From positions 372,001-436,000 of the forward strand of contig JALMLS010000143.1 of assembly GCA_038496445.1 (NCBI GenBank): a DNA stretch of 64,000 nt, read 5' to 3'. Every line of letters starts with the position of its first letter. Within the stretch, counting starts at the first letter, position 1. Below the pieces are notes generated by a model. It worked only from the letters and a program-made list of their open reading frames with translations, did no database searches and had not been told where the DNA came from. Both the position numbers and the translations under genes were made by a program. Below, in pieces: positions 38,845 through 51,899 of the stretch. The stretch comes from Trichosphaerium sp. ATCC 40318 (Eukaryota; Protista; Tubulinea).

Positions 38845-41800
38845 ATGGTACACTAAAGGATTCATTCGTGTTGATACTGACAGTATCAAAAGGGAAATCG
38901 TTCTCCGGCACCTGCCAGGAAGGCACAGAACGCGAAAAATGACGTTGGTGAGAAAACAACTAAAGAAGATCGCTTTATGGCGCAATTAAACCCAAAGGTG
39001 CAGCAACAGCTTCAAGGCGGCGGTGTCCCATACACGAGCTACAGTATGCCGGTAGAAAAACCGATGGTTATGAAAGTACGCTACTTGTCATTAAAAGATG
39101 ACACCTAGTTAAATGTATAGTGGTATATCAACGTAACATGCAGTTAGCCGGCAAAAAAGCCGACAGTAGAAAAAGAACTTGACACCTTAGCGCAAATGGA
39201 GACAGTACTCCCCATATACTACGGTGGTGCAGCGGCAAAGACTGTGCGAAGGGAGTACGTCAAAGTGATAAACAAGAACCTATGCACGTAGAACATTTCG
39301 CTTGAATACGCTCTTTTTCTCCCTAGATTAGCGTCTTATAATACCTAGATTTCCAAATAGACGATAACATGTTAACGAGCCTTTTTTTAAAATTTAACAC
39401 ATACATGAACGAGAGTGGTCTTAAAATTGAGGAGAGTCAATCTGCAATATGTAAGCGGTGCCTAAGACATGAAGTACAACTTCAGAAGGCCCAAGCGAAA
39501 CTCGCTGATATTGGATCTCAAGTGAACAAATTTGAACTACATTTACAACGTGGTACGTCACTTTTTTTCTACAACTACCAACCCATTGTAAAGTAGTTTT
39601 ATTGGTGTAGTTAAACGCACACTCCAACCAATTTTTTTTTTGCATGCAACAGAGTTTGGCGTGTTTTTTTTTTTTTTTGAAAACCAAAATTATGAGTTAG
39701 AGTTGTTGCTTGTTTTCTAGGATTTTTGACGTTTCTAATTGTTTTGTGTTAGTACATATACTACAAGATACTATATCAGAAGTATCTAATACACTTACAG
39801 AGGCTCTTAAAATGACTCGTAAGCTCCTGGTGTATTTTCCTGAAGAAGAAAAAAAAAGTCTTCAATTTCCTTTTGAGACTGTAGTCGGAGTACGTTTTAT
39901 CTCTCTCTGGTTTACCATATACTCAAATACAATATAGAGGGCAGGATTGGGTTCAAATCTTATAAAGAGAACACGGTTTAGCAAGTACTTATTCGTATAG
40001 CTTATGATTGTTTGTTTGAGAAATTGTTTGAAGAATGATATTTTTTTTATTTAATATTATTTCTGTTGTTGACTTCAATGTCTTTAGACCAACTAGTATT
40101 AATGCAGAGTTACTTGAAAAAACATTAGAAAATAAATGGATAACAGAAATAATGCCTCGTTGGGACGAAGCGTACGCGATGAGTCTGATTAATTTTCTTT
40201 TTTTGAAAAAGATTTTATGTTAATTAGCATTTTCTAGAATAAAAGAAAAGAATACACAATCTCTTTGGCGAAGAGGTCTGCCTAAGATGATGCGTAAATC
40301 AATATGGAAGAAGTACGTCATACCGTCATTTTCGTTTATTTTTTCGAATCTTATTTACACGTGCAACAACACGTGTTATTTTTTTATTATCACGTGAAGT
40401 CAATGAAGGATGTTGATTTTTTATTTCTTTGTTTAGAGCTATTGGTAATAAGTTAAACATAACTCGAGAGATTTATGATGGATTACTTGAGAAAAATAGA
40501 GAAGAAATAGCTGAAGGTATTGAACAAGGTGAGCAACAACTATCTTTGCAAAATGCTGCTTAATAGCGTCTTTTTTATATTGTTTTTGATTGTTTGGTTG
40601 TAATGCTGTTTCTGATTCTTTTATGTTATTAGAGTACAATCAAAAGATGCCCGAAGAGCCTAAGATAGAAATTATTGAGGATTTTTCTTTAGATGCTATT
40701 TTATCTCGAAACAAATCCAAGCGTTCAAAGGTTGTCGAGCAAGTTAAGAAAGGTATGTAGTAGAAAACAAAAAGTATAGTTTAAAGAAAATATACACACA
40801 GGGTGTATTAGCAGAATAATACTTGACAATATGTGGTAGTTGGTGAACTCTTTTTTTAACTGAAAAAATATAGGTAAAATGAGAGATTTTATTATTCACG
40901 ATTTACCTCGTACCTTTCATTCTGAGAGCCTTTTTTGTGATAAGAATACAAAATCATTTCAAATACTCTTAAATGTACTTGAAGCATATACCTATTACAG
41001 GCCTAAAGTTGGCTATGTACGTACAACCTTGTTTCCTTTTCTTTTTTTTTTTTTTGATACAAAATTTGAAGAACATCTTTTTTGTTTGAGTTGTTACTGG
41101 TTATTTGTTGTTGATGTTAATCTTAGGTTCAAGGTATGAGTTACTTGGCAGGAATGTTTTTATTTTGGATGGACGAGTTTGATGCCTTTGTGTGTCTTGC
41201 TAATGTACTCGAAAGTCATTTTTTTGAATCAATGTGCAACTTGAACATGGACAAAGTACGAAAATTTTATTCATAGTCATTCTTGACCTTATTTTTTCTT
41301 TACTATTTAGTTTGGTTTACATACACGTGTATTTGATATTCTATTTGCACAACATATGCCACAACTACATGAACGATTCAAGTCCTTGGGGATAGGCAAA
41401 GAGAACTATCTTTTGGATTGGTACACCTTTTTTTTCTTCTTTTTTCTTCCTTCAAGTGTCATCCTAGTTTTACGTTTCTCTTGTTTCATTTATTAATATC
41501 GGGTTCTTAATCATTCTAATACAATATATAGGTATCTCACACTTTTTAGTAAGTCAGTGAGTGTGCCTTTAGCAAGTCAAATATGGGACTCTTTTGTTTT
41601 TGAAGGCGAAATGTTTGTTCATCTTGCAGCCCTTGGTACGTCTCTTTTACTTGATTTTATACTTTCTTTCTTATCTGATAATTGAATTTAAGGTATCATA
41701 AAGTTATATGAGCGTAAACTTACAGAGTGCTCGTATGAAGGGATAATGAAGTTTTTATCAAAAATTCCTGACGATATTTCTTCAAAAAAATTATTTAATG

Positions 41801-41880
41801 TCATTACTGGCTTTGCTGTTGCACCTTACCTATTTAAGAAAATCCAAGATTTAGAATCAGGTGTGGGTCAAATAATATAA
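38845..41880 (+). CDS. TBC-domain Rab GAP, multi-exon; first coding exon is ATG only
   Basis: LWRRGLPKMMRKSIW, IIHDLPRTF, VGYVQGMSYLAG, YLLDWYLTLFSK and QIWDSF. Confidence 0.9.
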
Positions 41881-42312
41881 TTCAAACAGATACAACAACA
41901 ACAATAGGATAATTAAAAAACAAGATGAGCTGTTCCGTGTACAACAAAGTTTTTTGTAACAGTAAAAAATAAAAAATCCATAAAACTTCACACTGCGTGT
42001 CTTTCAACATGTTCTTATCGCATAGATACTTTCAAAATACTATTGTCTATTTGATTGAAGCGAGTGCAAGATATTGCGTATACAAGCGCAACTAATTGAT
42101 TTGTTTGACAGACTGAGTAACACAAACTCGAAGGCGCTTTTTCAAAATATTTTCACCTGTTGAAAATACTTCAGTTTTCTGCAATAATTATTACGCTGTG
42201 AGTAGCAAGATTATATTTTATTGGTTCTAGTTGGGGTGATATTCTTAATTTGATCAGAAATATATGATTACATCAAAGGATACCTCTGTTTATTGCTTTT
42301 TTTTCCTACTAT

Positions 42313-43731
42313 TTATTCAATACGATTAAATGCTGATCCTCTTATATCTGTCTCTAATTGTACCTCATCTTCTGCACTTAAGTATTGTCTTCCAAGCAGT
42401 CTCTTATGACACGTCACCAAGTTATAAAAGGTGTTCCAACCATATAAGAACAAAAACAAGACCACACTGAATGCAACATAACAAGCCAGCATTGAAAAAA
42501 AAACCAAGAAACAAATTGTTCTTGATCTTGATATTTCTGAATGGACAGACTTGAATTCGAACAAAACTGCTTTGTCATGCATTCTAAATTTTGTATTCTC
42601 GCCTATAAAAAAGGTTAGCAGGTTAAGTACTTATCCAGGAAGTATCGAGGTGCTATTTTAATTTTTCGTGAACGAACTTTGTGTAAGTTTTTTGGTTCTT
42701 GCTAAGTCCATTTGAGCACGAATTCCTTCGTTTATATCACTATGTATATCTTTTCTACACATAACCTCTATATCAAGACATGTCTTACGAGTATTTAAAG
42801 CTTGTATTTCACATGTAGTATAAAAACCGATTGTCTCCTACAAGCCTTAAGTTTAGTCGTTTTTTCCATGTCAATAAAAAACAGCATGTATAAACATTAC
42901 AAGATTGGTAAAAGGTGCATAGCGTACATTGAATCCACCGGTTAGATTTAATCCTGGATGTAGTGAAATAGGTATAAAACATGTTGTACAAATCTTCTTC
43001 TGTTTTTCTTCAATGCTACGCTTGGCTATTATAATTGGCTCATGTTTCGGACCTGAGCAGTCATAAGCTTTTTCGAACCACCTTGTTGATGTTAACAAGC
43101 AATGGAATTTGATGATAAGGTTCATTCAATGTAGGCTTCACGTACACTCGAACATCAGGGATTTCGATAGGCGTTTCAAAGATGTATCCGAAGGCACCCA
43201 AGTCGACTTTTTCTAAATCTGGTGATGTCACTGTGTCGACACCTATTGTATTGTTTTAAGAATTCAGCGACTTTACCGCTATTTTTTATGGTTACCGTGT
43301 ACTTGAGAGAGCCAGTAGGAATGTGCAGTATTACTAACAATAGCACCAAAAGTGAGACTGAATACAACACCCAAGAAAAGAACTCCAATACAAAAATACT
43401 GGTTTTTTGTATTGTCTCCGAAAATACCTTTTTTTTTGTCAAATCCAAGAAAACAAGAAAATTCCACAAACACGTGGAAAATGTTGACAGAATTTTTAAG
43501 TACGCTTTCTAAATCCACTGCATAGTAGTGCCACTATTGATACAAGAAACGCAGCAACACCAAGCAGCGAGGGTAATAAAATAGCAGCTGGCTTCTAATG
43601 TCTTTTTCATTAATTTCATTATCACAATCAAAGTGTTCGTACGCTTTCTGAACCTGCTGCCCATAGAGTAAAAGATAAACAAAAGAAAAGTAATAAACTA
43701 CACGTTGTAGATATTATTACTACCTTGTTCA
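42313..43731 (-). CDS. Multi-pass membrane protein of unknown function
   Basis: Hydrophobic exons joined in frame (NKVVIISTTCSLLLFFCLS.., PSLLGVAAFLVSIVALLCS, GVLFLGVVFSLTFG, CFLVFFSMLACYVAFSVV). Confidence 0.55.
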
Positions 43732-43964
43732 TCTTCTTCCGCTCAGTAAAGTGACCGTAGACGTGTAGCAATTCAAATCCAACAAAAATTTGATGTGGTT
43801 TACCTCGCTTAACACCGTGATAAGTTAAGCGTACATATCTTGCAGTCACCGGTAATGGATTTTTACTTTGCAACTTGCTTGTTTGGGTATTAAACGCTCT
43901 GATGTCATACTCTTTTAGTCTGTACAATTTTTTATTATTTGACGTTTTCACCTAGTACCTACTC

Positions 43965-45595
43965 TCACTGTTTCTCTTCTTTTACTTCTTTTGTTTCTTT
44001 TTCTTCTACAGGTAAAGGGGAATGTATAGACTCAGTTTGTAATTGTGCGTTGTTTTGTGGGACCCTTGAAGGATGAATATTAGAGCAAGTCATTGTAAGT
44101 AACAAACCTTGGGTTAGGTAGACGGGCAGGAGGCATCTGAGGCCATTGAGGTTGTTGAGAGTAAGGATTAGGATTAGGGTATTGTTGAGGGTATATTCTT
44201 TGCATATGATTTCGTTGAGAACTTGGTCTACCTTGAGGAGCAATAATACTAAACAAAAACGATAAGTAACCTTCAATCAAAGATTATCTTTCAGCATCGT
44301 ACGTGTTTGCTACATCAGCCTGTAAGTTTCTCAAGTCGTCTGAAAACCCTTTCAAGTTAGAGTCAACTACACCTGAACCAACAGCAGTTCTTTCAGTGGC
44401 GTAGTAATGAGAAACAGATGCTCGAGTGTCAGCATTAGTTTGCTTTAAATCGGATGTTTCATTGTCTTCGTCTTCACCAACGCCACTTAGGGGACTATGC
44501 AAGCTATGTCTCATATCAAAAGCATCTGATCTCGTATTCTTTATAAATGTTTGAACGCTACCAACAGCTGCAATGACTTGCTTATTTTGCTCAACAACTT
44601 TTTCTTCAATTGCTTCAATTTGCTTCGTCATGTCTTCCATACGTTTCTCTTCTTTTGGTTTCTATTAACGAAGTCTTAGTACTTGAAATCTCTTCCCTAC
44701 TGTGCGGGTATTTGATTGTTATTCTAGTTACCTCTGTCCAAATCAATGGCGTCAAGTATTTTCTGAGGAGATAGAAGATTGCGTTTCCAGCAAGACCACA
44801 TAGTATGGCAACTAAAATCAAGCTATGCCATGGTGGACGCTCAATTATTACACGTGGTGGTACTGATGGAACTTGTTGATATGCCATAGGTTGTTGGTAC
44901 ATTTGCATAGGTTGTACAGGTTGATACGCTACAAGTTTGTCAACAAGCTGTCTTTGAAAGGCAGGTTTGGTTAAAAGTTGTTTTTGTTTTCAGTGAACTC
45001 ATTTGACACTGACATTGTCTTTAATTTGCACGCACTTGGAACTGGTACAGGTGATCCAATACCCGCGCGTGATAATGCTTCGTCTAGCTCAGCATCTGTA
45101 AGGCCTTTGTGTTTTAAAAAAGAGCGTTTCTTCTCTAGTGGTTGTCCAACTACCTGTGGCATAGTTTAGTGACCATTTGAACGGCTTGTTTTGCAAACCT
45201 TTTGGTGAGTGAGAAATTGAACGGCGTTGGTAATCATTCCTTCTCTAAGTGGCTGAGCGACTGGTATTGGTTGTTGTGGAGGTGTGTACGCCGCCTGTGG
45301 TATCGTTTGTGTAGCAGTTGGTATATTCTATTGGTTAGTACGCGAAAAGGTACAATACGTACTGGTGGTGGTATAGTAGGTACTGGCGGTACGCTTGGGA
45401 AATTGTTGACATTTGCTTGTTGCCTCAACGCCTCTCTGCGCTGTAAAACCGCCTGTGCGCGTTGTTGTTTATCAGTTTGAGCCTTTAAACGAGTTAGATA
45501 AATGTGGTAGTTATAAATTGTGCCTGGTTTGATGCTACAGGTGCTGCAGTATCCGCAATAGGCGTAGTTTGAACATCAGCTGTGGGATTCTCCAT
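43965..45595 (-). CDS. PEX14: Peroxisomal membrane docking protein PEX14
   Basis: QFLTHQK|VVGQPLEKKRSFLKHKGLTDAELDEAL (Pex14_N), then a PPW + hydrophobic segment and a coiled coil. Confidence 0.9.
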
Positions 45596-45690
45596 TGTGC
45601 CAATAAGTGTGGGAAAGTTACGACTACCAAAACAAAATTGACTTGTGTGAACTATTTATTACTCTGTACACTACTAACGAACGTGCTGTG
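45596..45690. promoter_or_regulatory. Putative bidirectional promoter between PEX14 and PEX5
   Basis: 95 bp between the two divergent ATGs. Confidence 0.6.
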
Positions 45691-48600
45691 ATGTCTTTGA
45701 ATAATCTAGTATCAAATGACAGCTGTTCGGATGATCCACGCTCCAGGAGGGCACAGCCTGTTTTAAATATGATAGATAACTTCCTTGGTGATAAAAATCA
45801 AGGTGTACACCCACTTCAAGTAAGTTGTACGGCTTTTGGGAAAAAACCTTACATTACAAAGGAAAGATGGCAAACAAACGGTCGACCAATGAACGCGATG
45901 CCACATATGGCCCATCCGGCACATCCAATGCAAAATCAGGTTAAAAACGGATACTAGTAACCAATATTAACGCCTAATAGGTGAATACGTTCCTCAAGGA
46001 CCCTGGTATTGGCCAAGGAGATACTTTCGACTTTACAGAATTCAACGAAGCTTTTACTGAGAGCTTTAGAGGTCCTCAACCGCGTACGCATTAACTTGTC
46101 ACCTTACCAACACAATTTACCTAAATCTACAAAACGTCACTGAAGTGTCATTTCCATGTTTTATAAATGGCTTTAATAACTTGCTTGCTCTGTAGGTGGA
46201 CCTCATGGAGCCCCACCAATGGTAGGACCTACTATGCAACCATCTGCGTTAGGAGATTACCTTTCTACGTTTATTAGAAGTTTCAGCGCTAATGTAAGTA
46301 CTTCGGAAAGTGAAGTTTGATTTATTTTTTTGGTGATTCAGTCTGACATTAATCAAGCAAACCCTTGATCATATACAGAATGGACCGAATGTTCATCTAT
46401 CACCTGAGGATAAACAAAAGATTGTAAATAGAAGTACAGTGATTGCAGGCCATTTGAATCCAAGTACGTTTTTTAGCAATGTTTTTTTGGATCAGCGACA
46501 TTATCATTTTTTTTCGAGTGCGTTTAGTGTTTTGTTGTTAAACTATCTTTGATTAGATGCTGCCTTTGTTGAGTCTCAACTACAGACTATGTTCACACAT
46601 ATTGGTGCTGGTCCGCAGGCGAGGTATAACAGAAATAGAATCAGTCGAAGTATTTTTTTTTTAACGGTGTTTCATAGGCAAGCGTCTCCTTATTCAAAAC
46701 AAGGTATTGGTAAAGAGTTTGGTGGTTGGATAGATTCTTATGAAGCAGCATCAAGACAAGCACCTGCAGAATTTAAAGAAATGAACAAGTTTTACAATGA
46801 GGCACAAGCACAACCTAATAGAGGTAACACTTTTATTTTTTTTATGAACAGACTACTAAATTTAACATCAAAAATATTTCTTCTTCACTCGGTTTTTGTG
46901 TCATGTTTTTAATGGACAAAGGATTTCTCTGGATGTATCAAAACTTGGTGTTGTTGTTTGTAATTGTTTGTGTTAACTTTTGTTTGTAGCTTGGGCTAGT
47001 GAGTTTAAAAATACAAATTGGCAAGAAAGACAACGTCAACAAAACTTTGAAGAAGCATTTACAGAAGTAAAAAATAATCAAACAGAAGGTGGAAAGTGGG
47101 CCGATGAGTTCTCTGAACAGCAACAGCATGGTAAAGATTGGCAACAAGATTTCCATAGGTACGAGCACATGGCAATAAAAACACGCTACTTTATTGAAAA
47201 ATGTTGTATTTGTCATACTAAAAAAAGATTGTTTCTCTTAGAGCCAAGCAAATCAATGACCCTAGAATCCAAAATATGGGTATTATGAAGTTACTTGATG
47301 GTATAAATAGTGGTAGTTTACAAGTAGAAGGAAATGAAGTAAAACCAGCTACAGGCAAAGGTACGAGAGTCGTCAAGCCTTGGTTTCGTTCGTGTTTTGA
47401 CAAAACCTTAGATTGGGCGAATGAGTTTGAACAAAAACATCCACAGCCAGGAGGTCAATGGGCTCAAGAGTTTCAAAACCAGAACCAACCTGTTGGTGCA
47501 CAATGGGCTCAAGAAATGGAAAGTAGCTACACAGAAAAGTATGTAAAAATGCGATACTTATTTTACTATTCATTATTTGTTCTAAACGTGTTTATAATGT
47601 AGTCCTGAGGATTGGGCTAGATTATTTCAAAATTTTAAAAGCACAAACGAAGAATGGATGAAGGACTATGAGAACAATCAAGGCGAATGGGCAAATGAAT
47701 TCCAAGATTTTAGAGTACGCTGACAATAAAATGTCTTCAAAAGGAAAAAACCCAACAACTCATGTTTTTGAGTAGAAAAAACTTCAAACACTTTCTTCCA
47801 CCCCTAACAAACTTAGCAACAAGATTATGATTATGAATTCTCCCCAAAGAATCCTTTCTCATCAGTAGATAATCCTTTCGAGCTTGTACGTTGTCCCGTT
47901 TCGTATAACAGCAAAAAAGAAAATATCAAACACCAAACAAGGTCTCCTTATTGATTACAATTTTAGGGTGTCGAGATGTTTAAATCAGGAGATATCCCAA
48001 ATGCTATACTTGCTTTTGAAGCAGAAGTACAAAGAAATGATAAAAACAGTTTATGCTGGCAAATGCTTGGTCAAGCACAGGCGGAGAACGACAAGGTATT
48101 GGTTTATAATGCAAGAAACCACTAGTTTCCTAACACTTTTATAAAGGATGATATGGCTATAGCTGGACTTAAAAAGGCAGTTGAGGCAGATCCTAGTAAC
48201 CTAACAGCTCTACTGAACTTGGGCGTAAGCTACACAAACGACTTTAATAGGGTGCGTGTCTGACACATTACTTTGTTGCCACGTACACCAGTTTAACCTT
48301 TATATCAGACACGTGCTCTTTCTTCTCTTGTAAAATGGCTAACCTCACATCCTGAATACCGAGGTCTTGTTTCTGGTACACCGCCACCAGGTGGTTATCT
48401 TCACGAACAAGTATGTCCACGTGCTATGAAGTTAATAGGTGAAAATCTTATTTTTTTCTCAAGGTGACAGAACTGTTCTTGAAGGCTGCTCGTTTTCGTC
48501 CAAATGACCCTGATGCCGATGTACAAGTAGTTTTGGGTATCTTATACAATCTATCATTCCAGTACGAACGTGCTGCTGAGTGTTTCAAAATAGCTATTGC

Positions 48601-49098
48601 CAAAAGGCCAGATGGTATGTAAAAGACCCTTTTGGAACATTTTAATGTTGACTTCACTTTAGATTACCTACTCTGGAACAAACTTGGTGCTACTCAGGCA
48701 AATGGATCAAACAGCGAACAAGCTGTGTACTCATACTTTGAAGCTTTAAAAATAAAACCAACGTAAGTCAGCAAGGAAAAAAAGATTTTCTTCGGTCACA
48801 TTTTTTTAATTTTTTTTTGGACTCTAACTAAGTTCTTTTGTTGCTTGCAAGTCTCGTGTTTTAATTTTTTTTCTTTAGATACACACGTGCTAGATCTAAT
48901 CTTGGTATTTCGTTCCTATCTCTTAGACAATACGGAGAGGCAGCTAAGAGCTTCCTTGGTGCTTTAACGATTAACAAAAACGCTCAACATCTTTGGGAAA
49001 ACTTAAGGACTGTTTTTTCATTAATGGAACGTCAAGATCTTATCCAACGGTCAAATGAAAGAAACGTAGAACTTTTCAGAGACGAGTTTAATTTTTAA
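45691..49098 (+). CDS. PEX5: PTS1 receptor PEX5
   Basis: N-terminal Cys ([12 protein letters not shown]), many WxxxF/Y motifs (WADEF, WANEF, WAQEF) and C-terminal TPRs ([24 protein letters not shown]). Confidence 0.95.
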
Positions 49099-49217
49099 GC
49101 ACACAGGGTAAAGAAAGTCGTAACACTGTAATAACATTAAAAAAAAACTGCTGGTGGAATGTTTTTTTATGTCTCTTTGCATTGTTGGATTACTAGTTAT
49201 GTTACAACTTTTCTGAC

Positions 49218-50875
49218 TTATGATATAAGAGATAGAAGTATTAATTCAAGGTCACCAGAAGTATCTCCAGAAATTGCTTTTTGTAGTGTCTCACTAGAGA
49301 AGGTGTTAGGTGATTACTTTTTTGCAAAAAAAAAAACCCGTACGAAAAGTTTGCTGCATAATACTTCGATACAGCAATTCGTTCTTGCTTTGTCAGAGAT
49401 ACAATCGAGTATACCAATCCACGTTCATTAGTACCAAGCCTAGAAAGGAATAAGAAAAATGAACGATTCAGGTAAACCAAACCAGATGAAAAGCCTTACC
49501 CAGCTATTGATTGTCTTGCACGTTCTGCAAAATAGGCGATTTTATCGGTAACTTTGAAGGTTTGTTAGTGTATGTATCACATTAATGTTAATTACAAAAT
49601 AACGTACTTAGAGCAAGCATAGCAGTTCTGTAATTACCACTCAATTCAGTTTTAACAGCTCCTTCAAGAGTATGTCCTTTTTTTCAAACAATATTAGTCA
49701 TTTGTCACGTGATTGTTCTTTGCTGTACCCGGATTCTTAACAGCGTACTCCTTAGCTAGTAAAGAGAGATAATCTCTGGACTTTGTAGAGAAGATCTCAA
49801 CAAAATACTTGTTATTTGTTCCCATCCTGCCTAACACAAACAAGTCACAAAGAATGTTTGAAACGCAAAAAACACCAAACAGCAAAATTTTGTTGAAAGT
49901 TTCGTTTTTGGGAGTTTATTCTCTTTTTGGTATGACGCACCTTCTCCTTTTTTATATAGCTCCTCTGCAACAGTTTCTAGGTCACCAAAGTTTGAAGAGT
50001 TTGGCTTCCTTCCTTCCAAAATATTAAGGAATACTTTTCTTTGAGCGGATTAATCAGTAAAATACTGCATTACACAATAACTCATAAACAAAATAATGTT
50101 CTAAAAATAAAAAGTACTTTAGGTTGAATCCAGTTTCAGACTTGACATCACGAACGATCTATGGGCAAATGACATTAGCTAAAAACAAAAATACAAAAAA
50201 AAGCAATGTATTGATCGAGCTTACCTTTTCGTTGTCTGTTGAACCCTCACCGAATTGTACCCCATACGCTGCTGTGATATGCTTAATCTCACTTTATTGT
50301 ATATAAGACAAGACGCGACAAAGTATAAGAAAACAAGAAAGCAACGAACTTTGGAGTAGATTGACAAATGACATCAACCATTTCTTGCTCATTAGCACCA
50401 ATACCTTTCATAGCTTCGTTCAAGTACTTGGCCTTGTACATGTACGGACCCATAATCAAAGCTAAACATACATCTTTAAAATCACCTAAAGCAGAGTTAC
50501 CATTTTTAATCACGTGACATGCAAAAAAATTTTCTTCAAATGCTTTGAAACGAACCCGAAGTCTTTTTCAACACAACATTCTTCAAAGTGTCATCATAGG
50601 TACGTGCGAAGTGCGCTGAAATAGCCAAGAGCTCTGTATGGGTTGTTGTAGATAATATCTCTATTAACGGTTTCATATCGCCTGATTTGAAGCTCTAAAG
50701 CATTTTGTTAGCTCCACATGTCTTCTCGACTACTAACTTTTTGAAGCTTTTCTGCTGCGTTACGTATACTGTTTGCCGACTGTCCAACTGCGTGCTTTTG
50801 TTCAGACTATTAAGAGGAAGAAAATAACTCATCAGCAATGCCATAAAACGTTTTAATTCCTTTTTTGCTTACCAT
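49218..50875 (-). CDS. Annexin, multi-exon
   Basis: AMKGIGANEQEMVDVI, GRMGTNNKYFVEIF, GLGTNERGLVYSI and DTSGDL endonexin repeats. Confidence 0.92.
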
Positions 50876-51206
50876 CTTTAATCAAGTAAAACAAATAAAT
50901 TAATCAGATCAAAGAGTCGTGGTGCTACAAGTTACAACGTTATTATAAATTGTTTTAGCGTTCTTTTAACAGAGTTTAAGGTCCCTTAAGCCAACGGCAA
51001 CGCAGTCTACATGTGTACGGTAACTAACATGAATGCTTGTCATTGGTTCGTTCAAGAAGACTTCAAGCGTTATTCTATCTCCTATCAACGAGACAAAAGA
51101 GAGACAAAAGAGCGAGTAACAAAATGAGCAAAAAACGTTTTGTAATCAACCAGTTTCGTTTATTTCTTAGCGCGTTGCGCGTTTTGTATAACTTGGTGCA
51201 TATGCA

Positions 51207-51792
51207 TTACTTTCTAAGCAAAGAAGTAAGTACGAGGAGAGTATTGATCAATAGTTTATCATTTTCTGTCTAAAGCAAGTAAGTGTACCTTTTGAAGCTC
51301 GCCAGCCTTAGTTTTGTAGAATGTCAACTCTTTCTATTTTTTAGAACGTTAGTTTAATTTGTAGCGTTTATCGGCGTGCCTCTTGCTTGGTCATGGTATT
51401 CTTACACAGTTTGAGCTGTTTGTCTAATACATCATGTACATCGGCTAGTTTTACTTTTCTGAAGCTAAATTGGGTATTAATATGGCGTATGGGCATCGTT
51501 TAAAGCGGTCTAACTTACGTTCTGCCTATTAGAAAAATAAGAGTGTGTACGCCAAATTAAATTATTGTACCAACTGTTCTGTAGGTGTTAGCTTCGATTG
51601 GCACTTCTTTGAGTTGTTTTAATGCGAGAGAGCCTTTTCTAAACTCCATTTCATTCTGTTGAAGGTACACTTGAGTTTGTGTAGCCTTTTGCTTTACTTC
51701 AGCAAGTTGTTGCTGTGTTTCGATAAACGCCTGATAAAATAAGCGTTTAAATACATTTACAAAATACTACTGACCTTTTGGAATGGATGCAT
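51207..51792 (-). CDS. PFDN1: Prefoldin beta subunit (PFDN1-like), with a 7-nt microexon; 3' end approximate
   Basis: MHPFQK|AFIETQQQL..QLKEVPIEANTYRTVG|RT|F is coiled coil-hairpin-coiled coil; not in the ORF track. Confidence 0.75.
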
Positions 51793-51899
51793 TGTTGGTT
51801 AAAGATTGGTCGACAAAAAAACTCAAATTGCGTCTTTTGTGGTCAATTTTTTTTTCGAAGTAGTTCGTTCGCGCGTACTAGGGAGTTAGGGTGTACATA

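Noticed and set aside
45488-45540. Further GC donors (GCACAA in PEX14 intron 1, also near 60647 and 1006)
   Set aside because: An in-frame GT alternative exists nearby in each case, so they were not counted.
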